DNA of 64,000 bases from Macrostomum lignano (taxonomy: Eukaryota): the NCBI GenBank assembly GCA_002269645.1, contig NIVC01002969.1, forward strand, positions 1-64,000, given 5' to 3'. This document shows, piece by piece, positions 12,576 through 26,133 of the stretch (its first letter is position 1; each line of letters opens with the position of its first letter). Position numbers and translations under genes: made by a program. Under the pieces are notes generated by a model, which saw only the letters and a program-made list of their open reading frames with translations, did not search any database and was not told the DNA's origin.

Positions 12576-14775
12576 TTAGAATTTCTTGGTTGCACAGGTT
12601 TTGCTGACACCAATGAGATAGGCAGATTCTGTGTCTGAATTGCTGCTGGCATTGAGTTCACACAAATTAAATCCAAAAAAATTGTGCAGACAAATCACAA
12701 CAAAATTCTTTTTTCCTGTTTTACTCCGACTGCCAGGGTTCTTAATTCCGGGGAGGGTAGTCGTAATCATAGCAGAGCAGTCGTTAGAGTGGCACAGTCG
12801 TTCAGATGGTAGACACCGGAAATTCTGACACCGTAAATTAATGTGTCATTTTGTTGAGCTGATTACTAACAGTAAGGTAGATGTTGCCACCACCATAATT
12901 TACGTATTATGGAACGTTGAAGTCTCAAACTTTCTTTGAGTTGAGAACTTTGGGTTGTTTTATGCCCCATGGGCAAATGACTCAAAATAAAGCTATGGGT
13001 TAATGTACAAACAGTTGATTATTAATTTGCTATTTATTATTGCTATCAAACAAATAGTTAAAATATTAGAGAATGAATTGAGATGGCCTCGACTAATGGG
13101 TCCAGTGTGCCAGATGCAGGACAACTAATTAAATCTAATGTAAGACAACTATAGCACCAAATGCAAGCAAAAAGGAACGGAAATGAGGAAGAAAAAGTGC
13201 ACATGAAAATATGGGCTCCAAACAGCACTATATAAATAATAATAAAATTACATCTTGCCAGAGGGCAGGACACCTGTGGATCCAGTGAATGGAAAATGAT
13301 TTGCCATCTTGGAGATCCTTGACTGGCTGCTACGCAAAAAAATTAGAAAAAATTATTAAAAGGAAAATTGAATCGCTTGGGGCAGTAATTGGGGCATAGC
13401 ATGGAGGCAATTACATTTGATTGGGCAACAATTGGGGCATAGCATGGAGGCAATTACATTGGATGGGGAAGCGCCTAGGCCAACTAGTGGCATGATGTCA
13501 GGAGCTCACAGTGGCAAATTTCACAAAAACTAAGCAAATTAATGCAAAATATTAATATTGACCTTAAGCAAATTATTTGACAAAAAATGAAGCAAAATTA
13601 AAATCCTTAAAGTAAATCATGCAAGTGAATTAATGGGAGGGATTAATGGGGAGCAATGCACAAATTAATTTGCCAATTTGATCAATTTCACTCAGTGGTA
13701 GACGCACTACCACACCACCACCTTAAAATTCTAAGAAATTATATACTCTTAACAAAGCCAACTTATTATTTATCATTTTTAAATATTCTGGAATATAATT
13801 GTTTGTAAAAAATGATTAAAAAACATTTTAGAATATTCTTGCTTATTAGCGCAGCACCTCTTGATTTTTTTGTTGAAATTTTTAAAACTTTTCAATTTGG
13901 ACTGTTTGTCTGCGGGGCAGTCCAGTCAGCTGGCAGAATAATAGCCCAGTACCCACAATTTTAGGCCCTACTAGCAATCTTTCCCCCCCCCCCGATGGGG
14001 GACATCTTGATAGAATCTTTGTTCATTACAAGTAACAAATAGACAGTGAAAAAAAACTTTCATAAAAAACAACAAAAATTCTCTCTAAAAACAAAACATC
14101 CCAAGATAGCAAACATCCCCAGACAGCATTCAGGCATCGATCCCTAAATAGTAAGCATCCCCCAGATAGCAAGGATCCCCCAGACCCTATTAGAATAAAT
14201 GTTAAAAACCCGCGGACGCGCACTTTAGGAAAGAGTCAAACTATTTTACCATGCTTTAGGATTATTAGAGATGTTCCGAAAGATCTGCAGTTTTGTTGAA
14301 ATCAAAATTCGCTAACTTTCCAAAATCAAAATTGAAATTTCCCAAAATCATAATTCAGAAAAACAAAGTTTAGTATGATCAACACTCACTTTTTTACTTT
14401 CAATTTACTGCTTAAGCAAAAAGTAATACATGTATATGTAGTAGAAAGTAGTTTATTTTTAGCAACTTTTTAGACACTACCAAAATTTTCACTTCTAATT
14501 TTTTGTTGAAATTGAAATTTGCTCTAAAAAATTCAAATTTTGGAAAATTGAAATTGAATTTTCGAAACATCTATAAGCTTAATAAATAACAAGTGTATAA
14601 GCCCCTTCCATAGAGGTATTATACCCATTTCCATGTATATGTATTTGCTAAAGCAGCAGCCAATAAGAAAGGGCAGCGCGTGCACAGGTGATGTGCCTGT
14701 GCGCGCGCTGTGCTTTAGAAAAATTTCAAAAGTGCGCCAGACACCATCCACGGTTTTATAACTTTTTCTTATAGG

Positions 14776-14970
14776 GCCCCCAGATAGCAAGCATCCCCCA
14801 GATAGCAAGGATCCCCCAGATAGCAAGCATTTCCCAATAGCAGATAACCCCAGTAGCAAGCATCCCTTAGATAGCAAGCATCCCTCAGATAGCAAGCATC
14901 CCTCAGATAGCAAGCATCCCCCTAATAGCAAGTATCCATCCTTAAATAGCAAGCATCCACCAGAGAACAA
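14776..14970. repeat. ~20-bp minisatellite AGATAGCAAGCATCCCCC
   Basis: About 9 degenerate tandem copies. Confidence 0.9.
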
Positions 14971-15019
14971 GTAGCTAGTGCAACAATTTCCTTAGCTTTA
15001 TAGTGGCTCCATTTTGTTT

Positions 15020-15663
15020 GGCATGACACTTCTTTTTATGTTTGAAACGGTGGCTCTTCTATTTTTGACATAGTAGCTCTTTAATGTTGACATGGTGGCT
15101 CTTCTATGTTTGACATGGTGTCTCTTTTATGTTTGACATGGTGGCTCCCCTTTGTGTGACATGGTGTCACTTTTATGTGTTTAACATTTGACATGAAGTC
15201 ACCTATATGTGTGACATGTTGGCTGTTTAATGTTTGACATGGAGTCATGTATATGTTTGACATGGTGGCTCTTTAATGCTCGACATGGTGGCTCTTAAAT
15301 GGTTGACATGGTGGCTCTTTTATGTCTTACTTGGTAGCATTTTTATGTTTGAAATGGTGGCTCTTTAATGTTTGACATAGTGGCTTTTAAATGGTTGAAA
15401 TGGTGGCTCTTTTATTTTTGACATGGTGGCTCTTTTATGTCTTACTTGGTAGCATTTTTATGTTTGAAATGGTGGCTCTTTTATGTTTGACATGGTGCCT
15501 CTTTTCTGTTTAATGTTTAATGTTTGACATGGTGGCTCTGTAATGTTTGACATAGAGTTATGTATATGTTTAACATGGTGGCTCTTATGTTTGACATGGT
15601 GGTTCTTTTATGTTTGACATGGTGGCTCCTTAATGTTTGACATGGAGTCACGTATATGTTTGA
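15020..15663. repeat. ~23-bp minisatellite TGTTTGACATGGTGGCTCTTTTA, left part
   Basis: Many degenerate tandem copies; resumes at 20766 after the LINE. Confidence 0.9.
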
Positions 15664-16230
15664 ACTAAATATAGTAGTAGTAGTAGTAAGTTTGGCTCAG
15701 GCAAGAAGCCTGTTTGGCCAGTATAAGACAGTATATTTAATAATCCAATAGGAGATATTTATGTATTATAAGTACATGATGCGGTCAAGGTTTTGCAATA
15801 ATATAGTATTTGAAAGAGTGCTTAAATTTTTTTTTATAAGAAATTTCAAACGATCTTTAAAACGATTAATGATTTACGACTTCCCAATTCATTTAATCCC
15901 ATAGGTGATAAAAATAGGTGTATATGTATTAATTAGGCAATAAAAGATGAAAGAAAGAAATAACCACAAATAGAGCGCTTATTAAAATAAAGCGCGATTA
16001 GAAAAAATAAATTTGGTATATACAAATAAATGCGTAGAACGGGATAAATTTCACCGGTATTGTTTAAAAGAGGAGGAGCAGGGACTAAAATGCAGGGAGA
16101 TACATAGTAGCAGGAGGGATCGAATAATAATAGTGAGCCTCAAGGTAACCAAGGATTCTATTGATGGAAGACGGGCAGCAACAGCGTGGTACATGGTGTT
16201 TCTGCATACATATTATTAGACATATTATTT

Positions 16231-19200
16231 TCATGTCGATTGTGGAGGAAGATTTGCTATGAGTTTATAGATCTTCTCAATAGCTAGCAAATCTTTTTTA
16301 TTTTTGTTTTCATTTGTAGCATATCCTAAGCTGTAAAAATGCCTTATGCTCAGATGACTTTGTTTAAGGTATTTTTTCCTGGTATCTAGTATGCCGACAC
16401 ATTCAGTTGTATAGTGTAAGATATTATTTCCTGAATCTCTGCCACAAAGTTTGCATTTTTCTTGGGTGTATTTGTTTGGTAAGAACTCAGTTTTAAGCTT
16501 AAGCAGAATTTCTAGATATTTTTTATTTCTAAAAATACTGGGGAAGTAGTTTCTTAAGTTAGGCTTGAAAATATTCTTATAGATGAAGCAATTTTTGTAA
16601 TGCATGACTTTCGTGTGGTTTTCTATTTTTTTGAAGAGTTCACGCTCCCAGGAGATGAGTAGTTATGTGGTCATTGTTGTTTTATCTTTGTTGTAGCTGT
16701 CACCAGGTTCCGATGTTTGTAAATTAAGCAGGTGAGATAAACCAAGGTTTTGTAGTTTTTTAGTGATGTTCGTTTTCCAGGGGTTGTTTGGGCAGTTGTT
16801 TGATTCGAAAATGTCTATAGTGGTACTACTCAGTTTTTTATGTTTAATTTTGAGCCAGTATGTAAGAAAAAAGTTCGAGATAGTAAGTGAGATAGGTGTT
16901 AAATTAAGTTCTGCATATAAAACAGAGTTGCAGGTACTTTTAGGTAGGTTAAGGAGGTATTTGTAGAAATTTGTTTGGATTTTGTCGATGTTCTTGAGTT
17001 CAGTACAGGTCGCTAGAGGTCCCCAGATTTCACAACCATACGTTATAACTGGTGTGACCAAAGAATTGAATAGTCTACTGATAAGCATGATATCCAGCGT
17101 GGTGCCTTTTACTTTGTGCAGCAGTGAAAACATGGCGGAGTTACCTTGTTTCATCTGATAAGCAACGCATTTTTTAAAACTATTATTGGGTTCAAAGATG
17201 ATTCCCAGGTATTTAAATTCATTTACTTCTTCAATCTGTTGCATTTCGTAGAGAATTTCAGTATCATTTTGCATTTGCTTGTTTTTACCCTTGCAGGCTT
17301 TTATGTATTTTGTTTTGCTGGCGTTTATTTTGAGGTAGTTCTGTCTACAGTAGGTTTCCATTGTGCGGAACATGTGTTGGAGATCAGTTTTGTTTTTGCT
17401 TAGTATGGCTTGATCATCTGCGAAGAGTAGTATATGTGGATAGGGGGGAGCGACGAAAAAATTTCGATAAGTAGAGGTTTCAAGGTATGATATAGATCTC
17501 AAAGAGAATGGTAGATAGTGGGTTACCTTGAAGTACACCTTTGTTGATTGGGATGGGCTCAGATAAGTCGCCATTTTTTTGCAGGAGGAAGCATGCATTT
17601 TCATGCATGTTCTCGATTAGGTTCATCATCTTTCCTTTGATACCTTGGTTGGCTGTTTTGTACCAGAGTGTTGGTTGGTTAATACTATCAAATGCTTTTT
17701 CATAGTCAATGAAGCCGATAAAAAGGGTCTCCTTTTCACCCCAGGTTTTATTAATAATGTTGTATAGATTAAAGCACTGGTCAATTGTGTTGTGATTCTG
17801 TTTGAAGCCATACTGGTATTTAGAAATGAGGTTGTTCAAATGGGCGAGGTTTTCAAGGCGCGTTTTGATGAGCGAGCAGAGAAGTTTACCTAGAATGGGT
17901 TGAACGCAGATGCCTCTGTAGTTGTTTGGGTCAGAGGGACAACCTTTGTTTTTGTAAACGGGGTATAGGATGTTAGTGATCCAGTTGGAGGGGAAGGTTC
18001 CTCTATCTAGGATCTTGTTGAATAGTTGGCATAGAGCTTCTGATAAGTCTACTCTGAAATGTAGCAATGTTTCAGCGTATAATTTGTCTTTGCCAGATGC
18101 TTTGTTTGCTTTAAGTTTTTTGATGTGTTTCCTAATTTCATCAGGTGTGAAGGGAGAGTTGAAGACATCAAGGTTGAGGAGCTTAGTGTTGTCAAGATGG
18201 AAGTTGTATGTAATATTGATTTCATTGTTTTGTTCAGTTGATAGGTTCTGGAAGTGTGTTTTGAAGTTTTCATCAATTTGTATGCTAGAGTTTGTTTGGT
18301 TGATAGGCTGTATGAGGTTCCATAGTTCCTTGGTTTCATTTTTAATAAAAGCTTGGTTTATTAGGTTTTCCTTGCTTAGAACAGTTTCATGCTTCCATTG
18401 TGTGATGCTTTTTTCATAAGATTTCCTTAGGGTTCTCTTTTTGTGTAGGTTGCAATTAGATGGGTAAAGTTTGAATCTTCTGCAGGCATGTTTGAAAGCA
18501 TTTCTAAGTTTCTTTAGGTGAGAAGGTATAACAAAGTTAAGCGAGTTGTCTTTATTTGTTAGCAAAAGTTTTTGCAATGACTTTAGCTCAGTGCAAATAT
18601 TTGATGTTGTTTCTTCAATATCATCAGTTTCAGCCAGAATCTTAATGTTTTCCACGATGTTGTTGTGTTGGCTTTTATGGCTTAAATCTTGTGTACTAGT
18701 TTTTTTCAGGAAGGAGAATTTGGTTGTTTTAGGTATAGATGAGGTGTTTTTGGGTAGATTAGTATTCATGTTTTTGTCTGATATGAAGTAGTTTGATAGT
18801 GTTAGTACAATCTGGTTGTGGTCACTGAATATTGTATTTTGTTTAACTTTAAAGTCAGAGAAGTATTGTAGCATATTGTTTGATATATAACACAAGTCTA
18901 TTACAGATGAGCCTAACTTGGAGTTAAAAGTATATGCACCATATGGGTCTGATGCTGATCTTCCATTGACAATGTGCAGACCAAAGGAGTCAACTATTTT
19001 AGTGAGTGTAGATCCATTTTTGCATATTTTATTGTCAAGACTTTGCCTAGCATGGCTAATATTATTGCAGAGTACATGGTTTGAAGAGATAGTATGTAGA
19101 AGAGTTGTGCCAATACGTGCATTAAAGTCACCTAATAGGATGATATTTTCATTAATGCTGTGGAGTGTAAGCAATTCTTCTAGTTGATCCCAAATTGATT

Positions 19201-19678
19201 CATTATAGTATATTGATGATGCAGGTTGTATATATGAGTTAATAATAGTAATGTTCTTTTCTTTTTTGGTTTTATGCTTGAGTTTAAGAATAAGAAAGTT
19301 TTTAGTGGCGTTTTTTACTTCAGAGATATCATATAGTTCTTCTAAGGTTTTCTTATATGCAATAAGTAACCCCCCAGAAGCTCTACCTTCTGAAGAGTTG
19401 CCTTTCTTTGAGGCTGGTGTATGTATTAAATTGTATTCCTTATGTTGAATACTATGGTGTGTAAGTTTCTTTTGATTGTCTGTGTCTAGTAGCCATGTTT
19501 CTTGAATACAACAGATATCATATTTTAGCCAGGAGTCCTCATGAAGGTCATCCAATTTGGAAAATTTTGTTGAATTTTTAAATTTGTAGAGTCCAGCAAT
19601 GTTTAAGCTACTGATGGTAGGATTAGTAGGTTTTTCTTTTTTTATGCCAAGGGAGTTGATGTTTCTCTTAGTATTCAT
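16231..19678 (-). pseudogene. LINE ORF2: AP endonuclease + reverse transcriptase + C-terminal CCHC-like motif; frameshift ~17490 and in-frame stop at 16663
   Basis: SLNIAGL, CIQETWL, LLGDFNAR, SVIDL; NYRGI, QYGF, FIDYEKAFDS, GVLQGNPLS, LLFADD, FKYLG, YGCEIWG, CKLC...H....C. Confidence 0.9.
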
Positions 19679-19807
19679 GTTTAAGCTCTGCTTTTGTGAG
19701 TGTAGATTTAGAGAAAGAAGAGTTTCTTTACTGTACTGTAACCGTCTTACATCTCTATATGGGTTTGAAATCGAATCAAGACTTGGTTTTTCAGTTTCTG
19801 AGGGGAG

Positions 19808-20664
19808 TCAGTAGTTTCTGATATATGGAGTTCCACTCTTGTATGCTATCCTTAAGTTTGATTCGCCTGCTGCACGACGTGTTTTGAGCTCTTCAATGAT
19901 TTTGGCTTTGAACTCTCTCTGCCTTTTGGTTAGGTCACATTCCAGTTTAATCTTGGCAAACTTATCTTTTTCCCTGAGGTTGCGCAGGTTGCTGAAGATC
20001 TTGGCTTTAGCAGATTCCTTTGCCAGTGAGATGATCAGAGGGCGAGGTCTGCTGCTACTCGGTTGTGGTCGTCCAACTCGGTAAGTCCTACTAATCGGAA
20101 CTTGGTCAGCTGGCACTTGCAGGCCCTCTTCGAGGAGGTCAACAACCGCTGCTGCATCGTTGTCTCTCTCGGGTAGGTTGAAGCAGATTAGGTTATTTTT
20201 TTTATCGATGCGCTCTTCAACCTCCTGAACGACTTCAGCGTAGCTGATTGTGTAGGATGTAACCTGTTTACCTTCTTCGAGCTCCTCTAGGGAGGTTAGC
20301 CTTTTGTCGAGATCATCAATTTGGCTTAAGATTTCTTTTAACTTCTCCGATCCTTTACCAAGTATAGTCCTCGTGACGCCTTTGCAGGAGCGACAGGCCC
20401 AGAGGATGCTGTCGGAGTTGGCCTTAGCGATCGCGACGAAGCTGTCCTTGTCGAGGCCAGAGCATCCCTGGTGACACCAGGCGTCACAGATGTCGCACTG
20501 TATATGGTACCATCATGGACGATGGATTTGCAGCACAGGCAGAGGGAGTCGACATCTGTTGGTGATGCATTGTCGGCAGTTCTTTGGGCCTTGGCGCCGG
20601 GTGCTGAGCCAGGGGATTGCTGATTCGAATTATTTTTTCTCTTCGATGGCTGCTGCGATGGCAT
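19808..20664 (-). pseudogene. LINE ORF1 with PHD finger, coiled coil and RRM-like region; 2-bp frameshift ~20505
   Basis: CLCC...QCDICDAWCHQGC...WACRSC after repair; NNLICFNLPE; RVGR...RPRPLII; DLTKRQRE. Confidence 0.85.
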
Positions 20665-20765
20665 GGCGCTGGTTTTGATTAGTTGGTAAAGTATGCTATG
20701 CTCTGAGGTGGTGGTTTCAGTTAGCATGCGAGTAGTTAGTAATAGAATAGATTAGTAAAAGTAAT

Positions 20766-21220
20766 TGTTTGACATGGTAGCTCTTTGATGTTCAAAATGG
20801 AGTCATGTATATGTTTGACGTGGTGGCTCTTTTATGTGTTTAATATTTGACATGGAGTCACATATATGTTTGACATGGTGGCTCTTTTATGTGTTTAATA
20901 TTTGACATGGAGTCACATATATGTTTGACATGGTGGCTCTTTTATGTTTGATATGGTAGCTCTTTTATGCTTGACATGGTGGCTCTTTAATGTTTGAAAT
21001 GGTGACTCTAATATTTGACATGGTAGCTCTTTCATGTTTAAGATGGTGGCTCTTTAATGTTTGACATGGTGGCTCTTTAATGTTTGACATGGAGTCACGT
21101 ATATTTTTGACATGGTAGCTCTTTTTATGTTTGACATGGTGGCTCTATTATGTTTGACATATTGGCTCTTTTATGTTTGATATAGTAGCTCTTTTATTTT
21201 TGACATTGCGCTTCTTTTAT
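20766..21220. repeat. ~23-bp minisatellite TGTTTGACATGGTGGCTCTTTTA, right part
   Basis: Same unit as 15020-15663. Confidence 0.9.
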
Positions 21221-21266
21221 GTTTAGCAGTTTTGTGTTTTTAAGGTGTTTTAATAAAAAATTTTTT

Positions 21267-21335
21267 GCACTACTAAGATTCGAACCCAGGTCGCTAGATT
21301 AGCAGTCCAGTCTGTTCGCATCGAGGCTATCTCTT
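21267..21335 (-). pseudogene. tRNA-like relic or SINE head (GCT anticodon-type loop)
   Basis: Minus strand CTGGA-CTGCTAA-TCTAG anticodon arm, CGAC, CTGGG-TTCGAAT-CTTAG T arm; no pairing acceptor stem seen. Confidence 0.5.
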
Positions 21336-21688
21336 TTCAATTGGAGAACATGATTTGTGGCCCTTATAATTCAATACTTACAGCAAGTCGGGTAGAGTAA
21401 AAAGTTATGACATAATCAATTTCTCAGTTAGCCAGTATCAGTCTCAATTTAAATTAGCAATATTGGTTATGCAATTTCAATCAAGTCTTGTGTGCATTTC
21501 TTTGGCACTGTTTTCACCTTGTTGTGATGCAATCTATTTCAGAATCAGAATTCAACAAGTCAGTTTTTTCTCTAGCATTCTTACAATGTATTTCAAGTCA
21601 AAAATTTTGCTTGACCTTTGCAAAAAGCATGTTTTTCAAATATTTAATCCCTTTAACATTGAGCAATTTCTTAGCCAACATGCATGTA

Positions 21689-23004
21689 CGAGGGGTGATC
21701 AAAAAGTTCTGCAAGTGACCTCACAACTCTGTGCTACAGCAGCCGAGGCGTCTAATCAGTGTCACATTCCCTAAAAGTACTTTCCACCACTATCTATGCA
21801 CCGTCGCATCCGTGTGCACCATGTCTGAAAGCAGTCCTGGTACTCCGAAGTTGGTATGCCCTGTAGAGCTGAATGTACCGCTTGGGCAAGGTCTTGCATG
21901 CGTGAAAATGGCCTCCCAGAAATGACGGATTTGATCCTCGGGAACAGCCAAAAGTCGCACGGTGCTAGGTCTGGAGAGTAGGGTGGATGGGGCAGCAGCC
22001 GGACCCCCTGCTGCTCCAGGTACGCCATGGTTGAGGCCGCTCTGTGCGGTGCCGCATTGTCATGGTGCAGCAGGAGTCGAGGTCCATGCCTGGTTCGCGC
22101 ACATTCCTGCCGCTCCTGTAGTACGCCTGGCAGAACAGTGTCTGTGTAGTACCTGGCAGTCACTGTGGCACCCGCTGGAAGGATGTTCACCGATACAACA
22201 CCCTGAGAGTTGAAAAAATGGTGAACATCCGCTTCCGACTGCGGAATCCGGTCTTCAGCACCTCAGGCCTTGGCTCATCTTCTGCCAGCCAGACCATGTC
22301 AGACTGCTTATCCTTCATGGTAAAAGAAGGAGATCCAACATTCGTCTCCTGTGATGACATCCGACAGTCGTCGTGGGCCGTGGGGCTCAAACATTTGCAG
22401 CCACAAGCAACAGATGCGCACCCTCTCTGCTTGCTGCTCCGGAGTGAGAAGATGGGGTACCCACCGAGCGCAGGTCTTTGTGCGGCCTAGTTGCTCATGC
22501 ATGATGTTATGAGCACTTCCACAGCTGACACCAAGCTCATAGGCAATGAATCTTAGCATAATGCTCCAATCCTCACGAATTATTGCATCGGCACGGGCCA
22601 CGACATCTTCGGTCACGGATGTCCGGGGTCAGCCAGACCTCGGTTCATCGTTGAAGCTGTCCCAGCCTTCCAAGAAATGGCGCAGCCAGCGGGCAACCAT
22701 GTCAAATGATGGAGCAGAGTCAGCTAAAACATTCACCAGATCGGTGTGAATCTGTCACTTTGCAACCAAGTTGCATGCACATAAAGATATAGAAGCGAAC
22801 ACTGTCTTTTGTTGTTTCCATCAGCTACTGAAAACACATGGAAAATATATGGCTGTGAAATTTTACTGGAGCACATTTGGAAGCCAAAAATGCATATAAA
22901 TATAGCAAACAGATACAGCTGCATATGTGTAAGTTTTTGGCTTTTCCCGATTCTATAACTAAAAGCTATAACAAAAGGTTGCAGAACTTTTTGATCACCC
23001 CTCG
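21689..23004 (-). mobile_element. Mariner (DD34D) transposon, 1316 bp, defective transposase (~21771-22790)
   Basis: 26-bp TIRs CGAGGGGTGATCAAAAAGTTCTGCAA, TA on both sides; WVPH, ITGDECW, HHDNA..H, YSPDLAPCD (34 residues between the last two Asp); stops/frameshifts. Confidence 0.95.
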
Positions 23005-24949
23005 TACCATCCCAGGAAAATTTCTGATTGAATGGTGCAAATTTGAAGAAAATTGGTTTAGCATTTTTTTCTGAAAATAATTGCATACCCATATACATAC
23101 CTAGATAACTCATTTTTAATATAAAGGAATTTTAATAAGTCCAAACTAAGCTAACTATGCATTTGACTTTGAAATGCATATATTTTAAAGGAACTAACAA
23201 GACTAACAATAGCCACTTTTTGAACCATAGGCCACTTTGGTCTGCTTACCAAGTGAAATTAATAAATAAAAAGTTTTGTTAATGTTAGATGATAAAAACT
23301 TGTTTAAGAATGATTATTGATACTGGAACTATTATCTAGCCACAAAATTATTATTCTTTGCTATTGTTTGAGATTAAGATAGTCATAATTAATAAATTAA
23401 TAAATAAAAAGTTTAAAGTCAAAAGTAGTATAAGTAAAAGTAAGTAAGTATAAGTAAGTATAAGTATTTATTAATCAATATTAAGCTGGGCTATACTTTA
23501 ACATCTATTAAACAAGGTCTTATTAGGCCATTTGCTAGTGTTCCACTATAAAGGGGGTTTATAGATAGTAGCCATAGCTATAAGCAAAACTATGGCTTTT
23601 TCCAATTCTCTATATTATGTAGCCATATGGACCCCAATATTACTATATTCCCATAGTTCTCATAGCCACAGTTTTAACAAAAAGTCTAGGATATAAAGTA
23701 GTTTGAATTAGGAATTAGGTTTAACTTAATATTTAAACAATTAGAAACAAAGATAAAAGCTAAGTTTTTGAATCTATGATGCTGTTTATAAAGTTAATAA
23801 GTTAATAAAGTTTATCATTTACACTATAGTAGAGTTTGCAAAATCAATCAAGTATTAGTGCTGTCATTAGTTCTCCTAAGCCACAAGTTGAATTTATATT
23901 TATATTAATATAGTGAACAAGGTAGCTGAAATATCTGCAGTAAATTATTGGTTAGGATTGTCTATTGGGAAGAGCATTATGACTAACTGAAAAGTATGAG
24001 GCTGTATTGCTAAACATAAAATATGATTGCTTATTTAATAGTTAAAAATTGTATTATTCTAAGCTGGGAATGTGTTGTCTATGCATGGTAATTTTGATAA
24101 AGACTGGAATATTATATCAAATAATCTCCTCAAAATCAGGGGCCAATTTTATGAAGCACTGGTTAATAACTAGTAATAAAAAACCAAAAATAGCACCAGT
24201 GCTGATAATTTTGATTTTATGAAGCATAGATAAAATCAGTCTAGATGCTAATAGTTAATCAACTAGTATGTAAATATTATAAATGTAAATTTTATTATAT
24301 AAGCCTATATTTGGAAGTTGGCCCATAGACACTAGAAGAAACTGTGTTAATCTTTCTATCTCCTTATGTAGTCTATCTTCTAAAAGACCAACATAAGGCT
24401 CAAGCCTTTCCTTAAGCATGAATCCTTGAATGAATCAGCTTGGACCCACCCTCTCCACTCCCTCTCTCTGGCTCTCTATCTTATCCACACTGTGTACATT
24501 GACTAGAGCATAGATGCAATCTGTGGCTCCAACTATTGAAACCTCAAAGTGCATTCTAAGCACTGAACAAAGTAGCCATCATTGTCCATGAATGCTCTCT
24601 CAATATAAACAAGACCGGCGTCATTTGTCATTGACTTCCCACAATTGGAGCAGATCTATGCTCGAAATGCTAGTCTGTTATTAGTATAGTTGGCTTTTAT
24701 CCTGCTTTGAAGGTGGATAAAATTTTCTTGATTTTATCTACAATTTTTTACCAGTGGTAGACTGATAAGAGCTTTGTAAAATTGGATTCAGCACCTCTGC
24801 CACACAAAATTTATATGGTTGATAGGTGGTAAAAAATCAGTGCTTTGTAAAATAGAGATAGAAAAATACCATTGGTTTGCTAGTAATTTACCAGTGGTAA
24901 GTGCTTCATAAAATTGGTCCCAGAGCAATCAAATTTCATATATAATTAT

Positions 24950-26100
24950 GCCATTTAATTTATCATAGTCTATGGTTAGAATATCCTCAGTTGCAATCAA
25001 TGGTCCTCAGCTCACTTTGCTCGCCCAAGGAATTCTAAATCTAGCAACTGGAATGACAACTGAAATAGCGGTGAAGACTTTTTTATACAAGATGAGGCTT
25101 ACTGCAATTGCCACAGACATAGGATTTGTTTGCCGTATCAACTTAGATTGCCACTAAGAATCAGCTTCATTCACCTTATTTTGTCTTTGTCTTAAGAGTG
25201 ACTTTCCTAAAGCCAAGTCTCTGCATCCTCTGCAAGATTTAGAATTCCTTGGCTTACCTTGTGACCATTAAATGGAGCCTCAAACATTGTATCATTTTGG
25301 AGGGGTTTTTAGGGGTGTACCAATGAAGCTAAATTGCTGCACATTTTAAATGTCTATGGCCAAACCACACTGAGAAAACACTTCAGCAAAAATCCAAGCA
25401 AGCCAGAATCTCAACTCAGTCAATAGGCCTGCGAAAAAAAGATAGCAAGCACGTAGTACACCTTCTGTTGAAGAATGGGTCATTTTGGTCCAAGTCAAAG
25501 TCCTTCAGTCAAAGTAGCAGCGTTACTTTTCCAAATCCTGTCTCCAAAGCACAGATGGTTTCACGGAGCCACCTGACTTGATGAACATTGGCGGTGGTGG
25601 CTTTGAATTGAAGATTGGCCTTTCCGAAATGTTGATCCTCAATGATATTGATTCCACAGACACGAAGTAGATAGCAGAATAGACCAGCTTGCAGGTGCAG
25701 GTGCATAAAATCTGCCATTAATCTTGCGTAAGCGTAGAAGAGTGTAGAAGATGCTCAATCCAGTGACTAGATGTTGAATATCGGCTGTCGCTGGATTGCA
25801 GAAGTAGCTCTTACTCGACAGAACCTCGCTAAACTTACAAAGCACCAATTTTCTTGAAATGTTCTTTTCACTAGAACAGACTGGCATATTGCCCAATTGC
25901 ATAGTATTTATTTTATTGATCTCAGTGGAGGAGCTTCAACTTCATCGGCATCCAATTGAATGATATCGTCAAGCATGCTGGGAACTAACTGGGAACTCAA
26001 AGCTCCAACAACGTCACCTTGCAACATGTTCAATAGTCCAATACGAGTGCCGGTTGTTGAATCCAACATGAAAACCATATGCTTTTGGTCGCAGTCGCAC
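24950..26100 (-). pseudogene. Decayed coding-like remnant, possibly from a DNA transposon with a SWIM-like CxC motif
   Basis: Higher GC than flanks, broken ORFs, ILCTCTC..AGLFC segment; no confident family. Confidence 0.3.
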
Positions 26101-26133
26101 ATTGAGCTTTAGCTAGCTATGAACCTTCTGCTA

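Larger units (their letters stand above)
15664..20765 (-). mobile_element. Full-length (~5.1 kb) APE-type non-LTR retrotransposon (CR1/L2-related or RTEX-like; clade unresolved)
   Basis: ORF1+ORF2, (TAC)n 3' tail at ~15672-15687, 7-bp TSD TGTTTGA at 15657-15663 and 20766-20772. Confidence 0.9.

Noticed and set aside
13388-13462. 31-bp direct duplication AATTGGGGCATAGCATGGAGGCAATTACATT
   Set aside because: Only two copies and no associated structure.
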